From contig JBNKHE010000008.1 of the NCBI GenBank assembly GCA_050290185.1, positions 128,001 through 192,000 on the forward strand: a stretch of 64,000 nucleotides of DNA, in the 5' to 3' direction. The notes beneath the pieces are model-generated. The model was not told the DNA's origin, made no database searches, and saw nothing but the letters and a program-made list of their open reading frames with translations. Positions within the stretch are counted from its first letter, which is position 1; each line of letters starts with the position of its first letter. Shown piece after piece: positions 47,463-56,216 of the stretch. Source of the stretch: Pontiella sp. Lineage in GTDB: Bacteria; Verrucomicrobiota; Kiritimatiellia; Kiritimatiellales; Pontiellaceae. The translations under genes and the position numbers were made by a program.

Positions 47463-48557
47463 ATGAAAGATCCTTTTGAAAAGCTAAAGAAGGCCTTCTT
47501 TGTCGCCGGCGTGAACTACCGTACGGCACCGGTCGAGGTTCGTGAGCGGATGGCGGTGGCGCATCCGGATCGTGAAGAGGTCAGTCGCTTGCTTCAGCTC
47601 AAGGCAGGGCTTTCCGAGGTAGTGGTGCTCTGGACCTGCAACCGGGTCGAAATCTATGGCGTGACTGCCCGGGGTGGCGAGGTTGATGTCGCTGCCATTT
47701 TCGAATGTATGGGAAGGGAAGCCCCAAGCCTGTCTTCTCATGTCTATTGTCTCTACGGGCAGGATGCGCTGACCCACCTGTTCAAGGTTTCCTGTGGTCT
47801 GGATTCCATGGTTTTGGGTGAAACCCAGATTACCGGACAGGTTCGCGATGCCTACGAAGCCGCCCGCAAGGTGACGCTGGCCGGAAAAATCCTCAACAGC
47901 GTATTCCAGAAAGCATTGCAGACGGCTAAGGCGGTCCGTACGCAGACGTCGCTCGGGCAGGGGGCCCGATCCGTTGGCGGTGCCGCAGTTGCCCATGCGC
48001 GCGAGGTTCTTGGTTCGGATGGTCTGGGTCGGCACAAGGTTTTGATGATCGGTGCGGGTGAAATGGCTGCCTGCTGCCTGCTCCACCTTCAGAAAAAAGG
48101 GGAATGCGAAGTGGTTGTGGCCAACCGTTCGCAGGATCGTGCACGGCGTTTGGCAGAAGAGTTCGAGGGAACGGCGATCCCTTTCCGTGAACGTTATGAG
48201 GCCATGGTAGATGCTGATGTGGTGATCAGTTCAACCGGCAGTACCTCAACGGTGATTCATCGTGCCGAATTGGAGCAGGTCATGCAGCTCCGCTCGCAGC
48301 GACCGCTGATGATTATCGATATTGCGGTGCCTCGCGACGTGGATCCCGATGTTGTGGAAGTGGGCGGGGTTCATCTTCACGATATCGATGCCTTGGAGTC
48401 CACGGTGCGGCAGACGCTGGGCCGTTGGGAAAAAGATCTGGAATTCTGCGAAGAAATCATGGCGCAGGAGATTGAAAATCTAAAGGAGCAGTTCCGCAGC
48501 CGGGCTGCCGCCCGCAAGCGGGCCCAGCAACAACAACGGTTACAGCAGGCGGGCTAG
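47463..48557 (+). CDS. hemA: Glutamyl-tRNA reductase (second copy, short C-terminus)
   Basis: 'GVNYRTAPVEVRE', 'TCNRVEIY', 'GLDSMVLGETQITGQVR', 'IGAGEMA', 'IDIAVPRDVD'. Confidence 0.93.
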   Translation: MKDPFEKLKKAFFVAGVNYRTAPVEVRERMAVAHPDREEVSRLLQLKAGLSEVVVLWTCNRVEIYGVTARGGEVDVAAIFECMGREAPSLSSHVYCLYGQDALTHLFKVSCGLDSMVLGETQITGQVRDAYEAARKVTLAGKILNSVFQKALQTAKAVRTQTSLGQGARSVGGAAVAHAREVLGSDGLGRHKVLMIGAGEMAACCLLHLQKKGECEVVVANRSQDRARRLAEEFEGTAIPFRERYEAMVDADVVISSTGSTSTVIHRAELEQVMQLRSQRPLMIIDIAVPRDVDPDVVEVGGVHLHDIDALESTVRQTLGRWEKDLEFCEEIMAQEIENLKEQFRSRAAARKRAQQQQRLQQAG

Positions 48558-48621
48558 AGACAATTGGGACAGGTAGACAGTTAACTAAGCAGTGGCGATA
48601 TCGCCATGGAGGGGAAATAAA

Positions 48622-50841
48622 ATGAAAAGTAAACGGGTACAACTCATGGCAATCGCTGCAATGGCGATAGCCATGCTTGGGATTCACTGCGTTCAGGCGC
48701 AGGAGTTACGGATCGACACGCGGCCTCTTACGCCGGCCGAAATTAGCAATTATGGATTGCCTGGCACGACGCAAATCGCCAACGGCACCCATGTGGTGGG
48801 TCTCGGGCAACCAGTCTACCTCGACTTGCTGGCCGACGCTGGTACGGTAGTTACTCAGGTGGTCTGGACACTGAATGACGTGGTAGATGTAGACGGATAT
48901 TCCGTCACCTCGTCCGCGACACTTACCAACAGCCCGCTCCCGATGTCCATGCCGACCTACGATTCCGTTGACCGGGTGGCTTTCGACCTTATCGACCGAT
49001 CCATGATTGTTCCGGATGTCAAGGGTACCTATCAGATTTCGGTCCAGGCCTTTACCTCGAATGGTGTACTGAATGCCGATATCGAAGTGGTAGGCTCCGT
49101 GTTCATCGGTCAGGATTCAGCCGCCTGTTCGCTTTGTCATGCCAGCAAGCAGGAGCCATTCATGACCACGCTCCATTCCGTTGCCCTGAAGGACAATATC
49201 AACGATCCGAACGGCCATTTTCAGGCATTCTGCATCAAGTGCCACGCACTGGGATATGACACGACACCGGGTGCTGTCAATATGGGCTTTGACGATGTCG
49301 CCGACGATCTGGGATGGACCTTCCCTGCCGTATTGGGAACCAACAACTGGGATGATCTACCGGATGCGCTGAAACTGAAATCCAATGTACAGTGCGAAAA
49401 CTGCCATGGTCCGGCCCAGGAACATCTGCGTTCCGGTGGCGATCCGAGCAAGATTGGCATCAGCATGAGTGCCGGTACCTGCGGGCAATGCCACGATGCG
49501 CCTTCGCATCATACCAAGAACTTTGAATGGGGAACTTCCGTTCACGGCCAGACTACAGTCGACCGTTCGGGTAGTTGCCGCAACTGCCACACGTCCGCCG
49601 GCTTTGTGGATGCGAACGATCCCGGCATGAATGAATACGGCGAAGAAGTCGCAGTTACAGCCACCTTCAAGGAAGGAATCACTTGCGCCGCATGCCATGA
49701 TCCGCATGCGAAGGGCGGACAGATTCATCAGTTGCGTGACCTGCAAAGCGTCGAGCTCGAAAATGGTAGTGTCATCACCAATGGCGGAGCCGGCATCGTG
49801 TGCATGAGTTGTCATAAATCGCGTCGCGAGGCCGAGACCTATGTCTATGGCAATGCCAGCAAGCACTTTGGGCCGCACCATGGACCGCAGGGCGATATGA
49901 TGGCTGGCGAAAATGCCGTTGAATATGGACAGGATATGCCCTCGTCCAAGCACTTGACCGTGGTTGAAGAGTCTTGTGCCGAGTGCCACATGCAGGAAAT
50001 TCCTGCCGGTCTTCCGGCCTATGCTGCCGGCAAAGTGGGTGGGCACTCTTTCGCACTGGCCTACGAAGACGGTACCAATGCTCCGATCTATCTGGTTGAC
50101 GCCTGCTCCAGTTGCCACGGCGAAATCGAAGACTTCAATTTCGGTGGCGAGGACTACGACCTCGATGGCGTGGTTGAAGGTGTACAGGAAGAAATCGAAG
50201 GTCTGTTGCATGATCTGGCGATGCTGCTGCCTCCGGTAGGTGATCCGGAAATCGGCCTGCATACCAGCACCGATGGCTACGACACGCTGCCGATCAAACG
50301 CGGGGTGTACAACTATCTGTTCGTTGAAGAAGACGGCAGCCATGGGGTGCATAACCCGAAGTATGCGGCCGCTATCCTGCGGGCCTCCATTGAAGACCTC
50401 AAGGGCGGTATCGATATCGACCATGACGGTCTGGTCGATGCATGGGAAATTGCCAACTTTGGTGATTTGACCAGCCAGTCCGGCATGGGCGACTACGATG
50501 GCGATGGCCTGACCAACGATCAGGAAGAAAATCTCGGAACCGATCCTCTGCTCGTTGACAGCGATGGTGACGGGATCTCCGACCTGGCCGAAGTTCAGGG
50601 CGGAAGCAACCCGCTGGATATCGACAGCGTTCCGACCAGCGATATGGTCATCCTGCCGGCGGCCGAAGTCGGCTACCTTCCGCAGGGTACGGGAACCGTG
50701 GTTCGTATCCAGTCTACCGATGCTCTCGGTGGTGGGTGGCAGGATCTCGGTCCGGCCCAGACCAATACCGGCAGTATGGTCTATGGTCTCGATTCCCTGC
50801 GGGGGACGACCAACCGCTTCTATCGCGCAATCGAGGAATAA
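48622..50841 (+). CDS. Secreted/surface nonaheme c-type cytochrome with N-terminal Ig-like domain, DxDxDG repeats and C-terminal FYR domain
   Basis: Signal peptide; 9 CxxCH and no CxxCK; 'EDGSHGVHNPKYA'; DIDHDG/DYDGDG/DSDGDG repeats; ends NRFYRAIEE. Confidence 0.88.
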   Translation: MKSKRVQLMAIAAMAIAMLGIHCVQAQELRIDTRPLTPAEISNYGLPGTTQIANGTHVVGLGQPVYLDLLADAGTVVTQVVWTLNDVVDVDGYSVTSSATLTNSPLPMSMPTYDSVDRVAFDLIDRSMIVPDVKGTYQISVQAFTSNGVLNADIEVVGSVFIGQDSAACSLCHASKQEPFMTTLHSVALKDNINDPNGHFQAFCIKCHALGYDTTPGAVNMGFDDVADDLGWTFPAVLGTNNWDDLPDALKLKSNVQCENCHGPAQEHLRSGGDPSKIGISMSAGTCGQCHDAPSHHTKNFEWGTSVHGQTTVDRSGSCRNCHTSAGFVDANDPGMNEYGEEVAVTATFKEGITCAACHDPHAKGGQIHQLRDLQSVELENGSVITNGGAGIVCMSCHKSRREAETYVYGNASKHFGPHHGPQGDMMAGENAVEYGQDMPSSKHLTVVEESCAECHMQEIPAGLPAYAAGKVGGHSFALAYEDGTNAPIYLVDACSSCHGEIEDFNFGGEDYDLDGVVEGVQEEIEGLLHDLAMLLPPVGDPEIGLHTSTDGYDTLPIKRGVYNYLFVEEDGSHGVHNPKYAAAILRASIEDLKGGIDIDHDGLVDAWEIANFGDLTSQSGMGDYDGDGLTNDQEENLGTDPLLVDSDGDGISDLAEVQGGSNPLDIDSVPTSDMVILPAAEVGYLPQGTGTVVRIQSTDALGGGWQDLGPAQTNTGSMVYGLDSLRGTTNRFYRAIEE

Positions 50842-50848
50842 TGATAAC

Positions 50849-50882
50849 GGGATCGGCCCATCAATGGGCCGATCCCTCTTTC
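50849..50882 (+). terminator. Intra-operon hairpin / weak terminator
   Basis: GGGATCGGCCCA-TCAA-TGGGCCGATCCC followed by TCTTT. Confidence 0.6.
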
Positions 50883-50898
50883 CCTTGGAAGGGTGTAA

Positions 50899-52269
50899 AT
50901 GAAGGATCTTTCCAGAATCAGCCTTAACGTGACCTTGCTCGGCGCAGGGCTTTTTTTATTTGGGGCTTCGGCCTTTGGCAAAGAGGCGGCGTCCCCGGCC
51001 TATTCGGGTTCGTTACGCGCCACATACGACTATCGCGGGATGGGCGATTACGAAGACCATGATGCCTATAGCTACTGGTATTTTCGTGGACGCGATCTTG
51101 GCGATGAGCTTGTGGATATCTATACCTCCGGCCGGTTTCACTCCGACCTGGATGGCACCACCTCTACCGCATACGATCCCTTCGGAAGTATAAGCGATGG
51201 CTCACAGGGTGATTTTCGGTTGCTTCAGTTTTATGTGGATATTCACAACCGCGAGCAGAGCATGGCCATGCGCTACGGTCGTCAGTATGTAGACATCGCG
51301 GATTATATTCAACTGGATGGCGCGCAGGTCATGCTGTTTGAAAAGCAGGCGATTGGCGGCCGGGTATTTATCGGTCAGCCGGCCAGTGACTATTCCGCGA
51401 CAGACGGGGACGTCTTTTTGGGAGCATCTCTAGTCGGAAGACCATGGAGTGGCAATCAAAGCCGGGCCACCTATGCACGATATCGCGATGACAGCAAAGC
51501 TGTTGCGGATGATCATGTTTTTCTGAATATGAAACAAACCCTGGGGGACGAACTCAGGACGCACGCTTACCTTTCCGTCATGAATAATGATGTTCGCATG
51601 GGCGGGGCCGATCTGTTTTATGTCTCTATGTCGGATTATGTATTTGATGCGGTTTTGGGGGTTAAGCGCTGGGGGGATTACACTGCCGATACGCGGGCCT
51701 ATTCTCCTTTGTCGGAAGCCTTGAACGGTCTGGAGCCCTACACTATGGGATACGGCCGCTTTACCGCGGAACTGTTGCCCTGGCTATATCTTTCTCCGGG
51801 GGCCACGCTCCGTGAACCCGACGACGAAAACTTTACCAACCGCCGTTTTGAGCGGTACGACCTCAGTTTCATTCTGGAGCCGACTGACGGGCTCAGTTCC
51901 ACTGTTGCCCTGGAATACTGGGATGTGGACGACGACAGTGAATTTTTCGGTGTGAGTGGAGATATCCGCTACCGCTACCGGAAGCTCTGGGAGCTGTCGC
52001 TGGGGGCGGCCTACGTGGATTATACCTATCTGCAGTTAAGCGATCAGTCGGTGTTTAACAACGACGAAGCGATCCTTCCCGAACTTCCAATCAATCCGCA
52101 GGATGGTTCTCGCGTAGAGGCCTCCCCCAACGCGTTTACGTATTATCTGCGTGGACGGTGGAGCATCACCGAGAAAGCGGCGTTGCGGCTTTCGGGCGAA
52201 CTTGAAGACGATAGCGACGAGGAAGATCTGAGCTATCGGATTCGCACATCATTTGAGGTACGGCTGTGA
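50899..52269 (+). CDS. Putative outer-membrane beta-barrel (porin of a porin-cytochrome conduit)
   Basis: Signal peptide, no Cys, many amphipathic Tyr/Gly-rich strands ('MRYGRQYV..LDGAQV'), C-terminal strand SYRIRTSFEVRL; flanked by two multiheme cytochromes. Confidence 0.75.
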   Translation: MKDLSRISLNVTLLGAGLFLFGASAFGKEAASPAYSGSLRATYDYRGMGDYEDHDAYSYWYFRGRDLGDELVDIYTSGRFHSDLDGTTSTAYDPFGSISDGSQGDFRLLQFYVDIHNREQSMAMRYGRQYVDIADYIQLDGAQVMLFEKQAIGGRVFIGQPASDYSATDGDVFLGASLVGRPWSGNQSRATYARYRDDSKAVADDHVFLNMKQTLGDELRTHAYLSVMNNDVRMGGADLFYVSMSDYVFDAVLGVKRWGDYTADTRAYSPLSEALNGLEPYTMGYGRFTAELLPWLYLSPGATLREPDDENFTNRRFERYDLSFILEPTDGLSSTVALEYWDVDDDSEFFGVSGDIRYRYRKLWELSLGAAYVDYTYLQLSDQSVFNNDEAILPELPINPQDGSRVEASPNAFTYYLRGRWSITEKAALRLSGELEDDSDEEDLSYRIRTSFEVRL

Positions 52270-52271
52270 AA

Positions 52272-53267
52272 ATGAATCGCATAATCCAGTTCACGACGAT
52301 GGCTGTATTCCTTGTCCTGCTGTCCGGATGCAAGGAAGAAGAGAAATACCAGCTGCGCTTCAGTCACTATCTTCATGTAACCGAAAATGAAATGGGTTGC
52401 GATGAATGCCACGGTGAACCGGGACAACCCTCGTTCAGCGCCATTTCGCACGAAACCTGCCTCGACTGCCATGACGAGCCGGAGGCGGAAGAGATTGCCG
52501 CTGAAACCTGCGGAATGTGCCATCAGGAAAAACAGCTGGCTGTTTTTGCGCTGCCGGAAACCGAAGAAGCGGATGCCGCGTACGAGGTAGACAAAGTACC
52601 GGCCCGGAATATTTTCGTACACACTGAAGCCCTTGCAGGTCAATGCACGGACTGCCATGAATACTTGCTGGACGAAAATCTGGACGCTGTGCCTATGCTG
52701 GAGCGTAGCGATGTGCTGGCTATACGCCAGAAAGCCCATGCGTCGGGGCAGGAGTGTATCACTTGCCATGTAGATATGGATCCAGGGATTCCGCCGGCCA
52801 GTCATGATGTGGCATGGACCAAACGGCATGGCCGGTTTTCCATGCAGGATGATGCCTCGTGCAGCGTCTGCCATACACAGGACAGTTGCATGGATTGCCA
52901 TAATGTCATGCAGCCGGTTTCGCATAACACCATGTTCCGGACGCGCACGCACGGTACGCTTGCCGCGTGGAACCGCGACAGCTGCCAGGTATGCCATGAA
53001 GAAGACTCGTGCACGTCATGTCATGCCATGACGCGGCCAAGATCGCACAATGCCCGCTGGGGTGCTGCGGGTTTCAAACCGACACACTGTATTGGCTGCC
53101 ACGATACATCAACGCCGGGCGATGGTTGCGCAACCTGTCATGAGAATGGCAACGATGTCATGTTGCATGAACGCTACTGGGGAGGTGCTCCTATCAACCA
53201 TAACCAACCGGGCATTGAAAACTGCTACATCTGCCACTGGACGCAAGCCCCGCAAGGGACTCTCTAG
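52272..53267 (+). CDS. Dodecaheme c-type cytochrome lipoprotein (ExtA-like)
   Basis: Lipobox LLSGC; 'LRFSHYLH'; 12 CxxCH; repeats of P.SH...W...HG......CxxCH....CxxCH. Confidence 0.9.
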   Translation: MNRIIQFTTMAVFLVLLSGCKEEEKYQLRFSHYLHVTENEMGCDECHGEPGQPSFSAISHETCLDCHDEPEAEEIAAETCGMCHQEKQLAVFALPETEEADAAYEVDKVPARNIFVHTEALAGQCTDCHEYLLDENLDAVPMLERSDVLAIRQKAHASGQECITCHVDMDPGIPPASHDVAWTKRHGRFSMQDDASCSVCHTQDSCMDCHNVMQPVSHNTMFRTRTHGTLAAWNRDSCQVCHEEDSCTSCHAMTRPRSHNARWGAAGFKPTHCIGCHDTSTPGDGCATCHENGNDVMLHERYWGGAPINHNQPGIENCYICHWTQAPQGTL

Positions 53268-53278
53268 TCTAGGGAGAA

Positions 53279-53950
53279 CTACAGTTTGCGAACGGTGCAT
53301 CCGTCAGGCGCGATGTCGATTTCAAAGTCGATGATGCCTTCCGAACCGCGGATCGTGGCCTTGACGGGCTCGGTAACCGTAAGTGCGAATGCCAGCGTAT
53401 TCAGTTCGGATGGCGAGCATTGAATAATGCCAAGACTGCCGGTCGCGTTGACGATACCTTCTGCGCTGGCCTCATTCGCTGCAGATGCGGGATGCAGAGA
53501 TACGATTTTAGATGAAGAGTTTCCCGGTACACGCACAACGAGTGTGATGTCTTCGGGCAGGTTGAGGCCTTCACCCACATTGAATTCCAAATGAACGGCC
53601 AGTCCTGCAGAGGTTTGCTGTACTGTAGCTTCCTGCAAGAACAGCGTTTCAACCTCTTCTTTGACGGGGTTGACGGGGAGGGAGGTGCGGTTTGTGCGCA
53701 TCGTTGAGAGCCGTTCCCGGGTCTCTTTCGATGAATCTCCGCTGTTTAAATCATTAATTTCCGCTTTGGCAGTGGTAAGTTCCTGCTGCAGTTTGCTGTT
53801 TTGAACGGTAAGCTGCTGCACGCGGTCAGTTGCTTCCGTATGATTGCGCCACAGCATCGCAATGGCGAGGAGCAGGATCACGGTGGGCGCCAGATAGAGT
53901 GCAACGATGAGAGGATTGCGGGGCCGGTTTGGAGAGGTTGATTTATTCAT
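53279..53950 (-). CDS. Hypothetical membrane-anchored coiled-coil protein
   Basis: One N-terminal TM helix, coiled coil, beta-rich C-terminus. Confidence 0.65.
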   Translation of the reverse strand: MNKSTSPNRPRNPLIVALYLAPTVILLLAIAMLWRNHTEATDRVQQLTVQNSKLQQELTTAKAEINDLNSGDSSKETRERLSTMRTNRTSLPVNPVKEEVETLFLQEATVQQTSAGLAVHLEFNVGEGLNLPEDITLVVRVPGNSSSKIVSLHPASAANEASAEGIVNATGSLGIIQCSPSELNTLAFALTVTEPVKATIRGSEGIIDFEIDIAPDGCTVRKL

Positions 53951-54119
53951 GATTTGAGTATGCGGTTCCAGTGTTCAAGGGTCAAGGTCATCATCGCGAT
54001 CCCGGGCTCTTGTTGAGGCTTTTTTCCTTTTCTTACGGGATATTCAGGATCATATGGGTCGACATCAGCAGGCTCAAATCCTAGAGTACGCACCAATTAC
54101 TAAAAACAGGGATTTGCTT

Positions 54120-54725
54120 ATGAAACAGATTGTTATTGCCTCCTCACTTTTGGTTTTGATCGCCGGTTGCAAACGCTCGGAGCCAACGTCCTATGAAGTT
54201 CCGAAGGAGCCGGCTACGCCGGCTTCCCAGCAGGCGGCTCAGCCGTCGATGGGCTCCATGGGTTCCGATACGGATATGCAAATGGTACAGGCTGCGCATG
54301 CCTCCATGATGCAAAACACCGCTTCGCCGGCATTCACCGCCGATCTGCCCGAAGGTTGGGCGGAAGCTCCAGGTACCGGTATGCGTATGGTGAGTTACAC
54401 GATCCCGGAAACCTCCATTGACTTCTACATGATTCCGCTTTCGATGGGCGATGTGCCGAGCAACGTCAACCGTTGGCGCGGTCAGGTGGACCTGCAGGAC
54501 GCCTCCCCGGAGGAAATCGCAGGTCAGGTGGAAACCTTCCAGGTCGACTGCCACGCCGTTAACTACATTGAAATCTACAATGAAGAAGGCGGCAAGGGCA
54601 TCATTGCCGCCATAGTCGATCTCGCTCCGAGCTACTGGTACTTCACGGCCAAGGGGTCTGTTGACGAACTGAAGTCCAACGCCGCCGATATCCGTAAAGT
54701 CATCGAAAGCATAAAAATCAAGTAG
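54120..54725 (+). CDS. Hypothetical lipoprotein heading the cytochrome c maturation operon
   Basis: Lipobox LIAGC, Met-rich linker, 'LPEGW..PGTGMR' and 'NVNRWRGQV'. Confidence 0.75.
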   Translation: MKQIVIASSLLVLIAGCKRSEPTSYEVPKEPATPASQQAAQPSMGSMGSDTDMQMVQAAHASMMQNTASPAFTADLPEGWAEAPGTGMRMVSYTIPETSIDFYMIPLSMGDVPSNVNRWRGQVDLQDASPEEIAGQVETFQVDCHAVNYIEIYNEEGGKGIIAAIVDLAPSYWYFTAKGSVDELKSNAADIRKVIESIKIK

Positions 54726-54794
54726 TCCCGGCGACGCTCGTTCGTCACGGAATCCGTGCGGAAACGGGGTTGTTTGCGGCTCGATTGCAACATT

Positions 54795-56216
54795 ATGAAA
54801 AAAATCATCGATTTCTTCCTGTCGCTTAAGCTGACGGTGGCATTGCTGGCCCTCAGTATGGTGCTGGTGCTCGCCGGAACGCTGGCCCAGATCGACAAGG
54901 ATATCTGGGCGGTCATGGAGCAGTATTTCCGCTGCTATATGGCTCAGATCGACCTGTTTGTCTTCTTCCCGCGTTCCTGGGACATTCCCCGCAATATATG
55001 GATTCCGTTCCCAGGCGGTTTTCTGATTGGCTTCCTGTTGACGGTCAACCTGCTGATGGTGCATTCCGCCAGTTTCAGGGTGGTGGCCAAGGGCAACCGT
55101 CGGCTCGCCGGGTTCTTGGTCCTGTTGCTGGGGATTCTGGTTGTGGTGGGCGTCATGTTCGGCTGGGGCACAACGGCGGTGGCGGCCACGGAAGACGATG
55201 CGTTTTGGCGCGTATTCCTGCGTCTTGGACGTGGAACATTGGCGGCCGTGGTCTTGTTCTGGGCCTGCCATTTGCTCTACTACAAACGCGCGGGCATGGT
55301 TTTGCTGCACGGTGGGATTCTGTTTCTGCTGATAGGCGAATTCATTACCGCCCAGTTTGCGGTGGAAGCCAACATGACCATCAAAGAGGGCGAAACGGTC
55401 AACTATATCGACCGCACCCAGCAACTTGAACTCTCCTTTACCGACACCTCGGATCCCCAGCATGACATAGTGACCGTGATCCCGCAGGAAAAACTAAAGG
55501 ACGACGCTCTGATCCAGCCCGACACCCTACCTTTCGATATCAAGATTAATCACTACATGCTCAACTCGAACAATCCGCAACCCCTGACCAACGTGTCCGA
55601 GCGGCAGCGCAACAGTTACCCGAAATACGAAGGCTACGGATCCCGTCTCTATGTAGCCGAACAGCGCGAGGTCAGCGGAACCATGAGCGCCCGCAATGCG
55701 CCGGCAGTCGATGTGGAATTGTTTGACCGGCAGTCCGGTGCATCGCTGGGCCGCTACATCCTGAGTCTGTGGTTCTACCCCAACTTCGTCAACCAGGCAT
55801 GGGATATGCCTACCCGGATCAAGGTTGATGGCAAGGAATATATCGTTTACTACCGTTTTGCGCGGGAATATCTGCGCTCCCCGAGCGGAAGTCCCTTTTC
55901 GATCACGCTGCTCGACTTTAATCATGAGAATTATGAAGGCACCCAGATGCCCAAGGATTTCTCCAGCCATATCCGGCTGGTCAATCCGGGGGATGATGTA
56001 GATCGAGAACTGCGTATCTGGATGAACAATCCCTTGCGCTATGCCCGCCGGACCTTCTATCAGTCCGGCTTTTTGCCTAATGACAGTGGAACCGTGCTGC
56101 AGGTGGTTCGCAACGATGTGTGGATGATTCCCTATCTCTCCTGCATGATCGTGTTCGTGGGCATGGTCGGACAGTTTTCCCAGTCGTTTAAACGCTATCT
56201 TCGGAGGGACGCCTGA
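54795..56216 (+). CDS. resB: Cytochrome c biogenesis protein ResB/CcsB (System II)
   Basis: 'SLKLTVALL...LVLAGTLAQ', 'GMVLLHGGIL', 'IWMNNPLRY..TFYQSGF'; coupled to ccsA (TGATG overlap). Confidence 0.85.
   Translation: MKKIIDFFLSLKLTVALLALSMVLVLAGTLAQIDKDIWAVMEQYFRCYMAQIDLFVFFPRSWDIPRNIWIPFPGGFLIGFLLTVNLLMVHSASFRVVAKGNRRLAGFLVLLLGILVVVGVMFGWGTTAVAATEDDAFWRVFLRLGRGTLAAVVLFWACHLLYYKRAGMVLLHGGILFLLIGEFITAQFAVEANMTIKEGETVNYIDRTQQLELSFTDTSDPQHDIVTVIPQEKLKDDALIQPDTLPFDIKINHYMLNSNNPQPLTNVSERQRNSYPKYEGYGSRLYVAEQREVSGTMSARNAPAVDVELFDRQSGASLGRYILSLWFYPNFVNQAWDMPTRIKVDGKEYIVYYRFAREYLRSPSGSPFSITLLDFNHENYEGTQMPKDFSSHIRLVNPGDDVDRELRIWMNNPLRYARRTFYQSGFLPNDSGTVLQVVRNDVWMIPYLSCMIVFVGMVGQFSQSFKRYLRRDA

Noticed and set aside
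48622..50841. Nonaheme protein as NrfA/ammonia-forming nitrite reductase
   Set aside because: It has an NrfA-like 'HGVHNPxY' helix, but all nine motifs are CxxCH. There is no CxxCK active-site motif and no nrfH/nrfBCD context.
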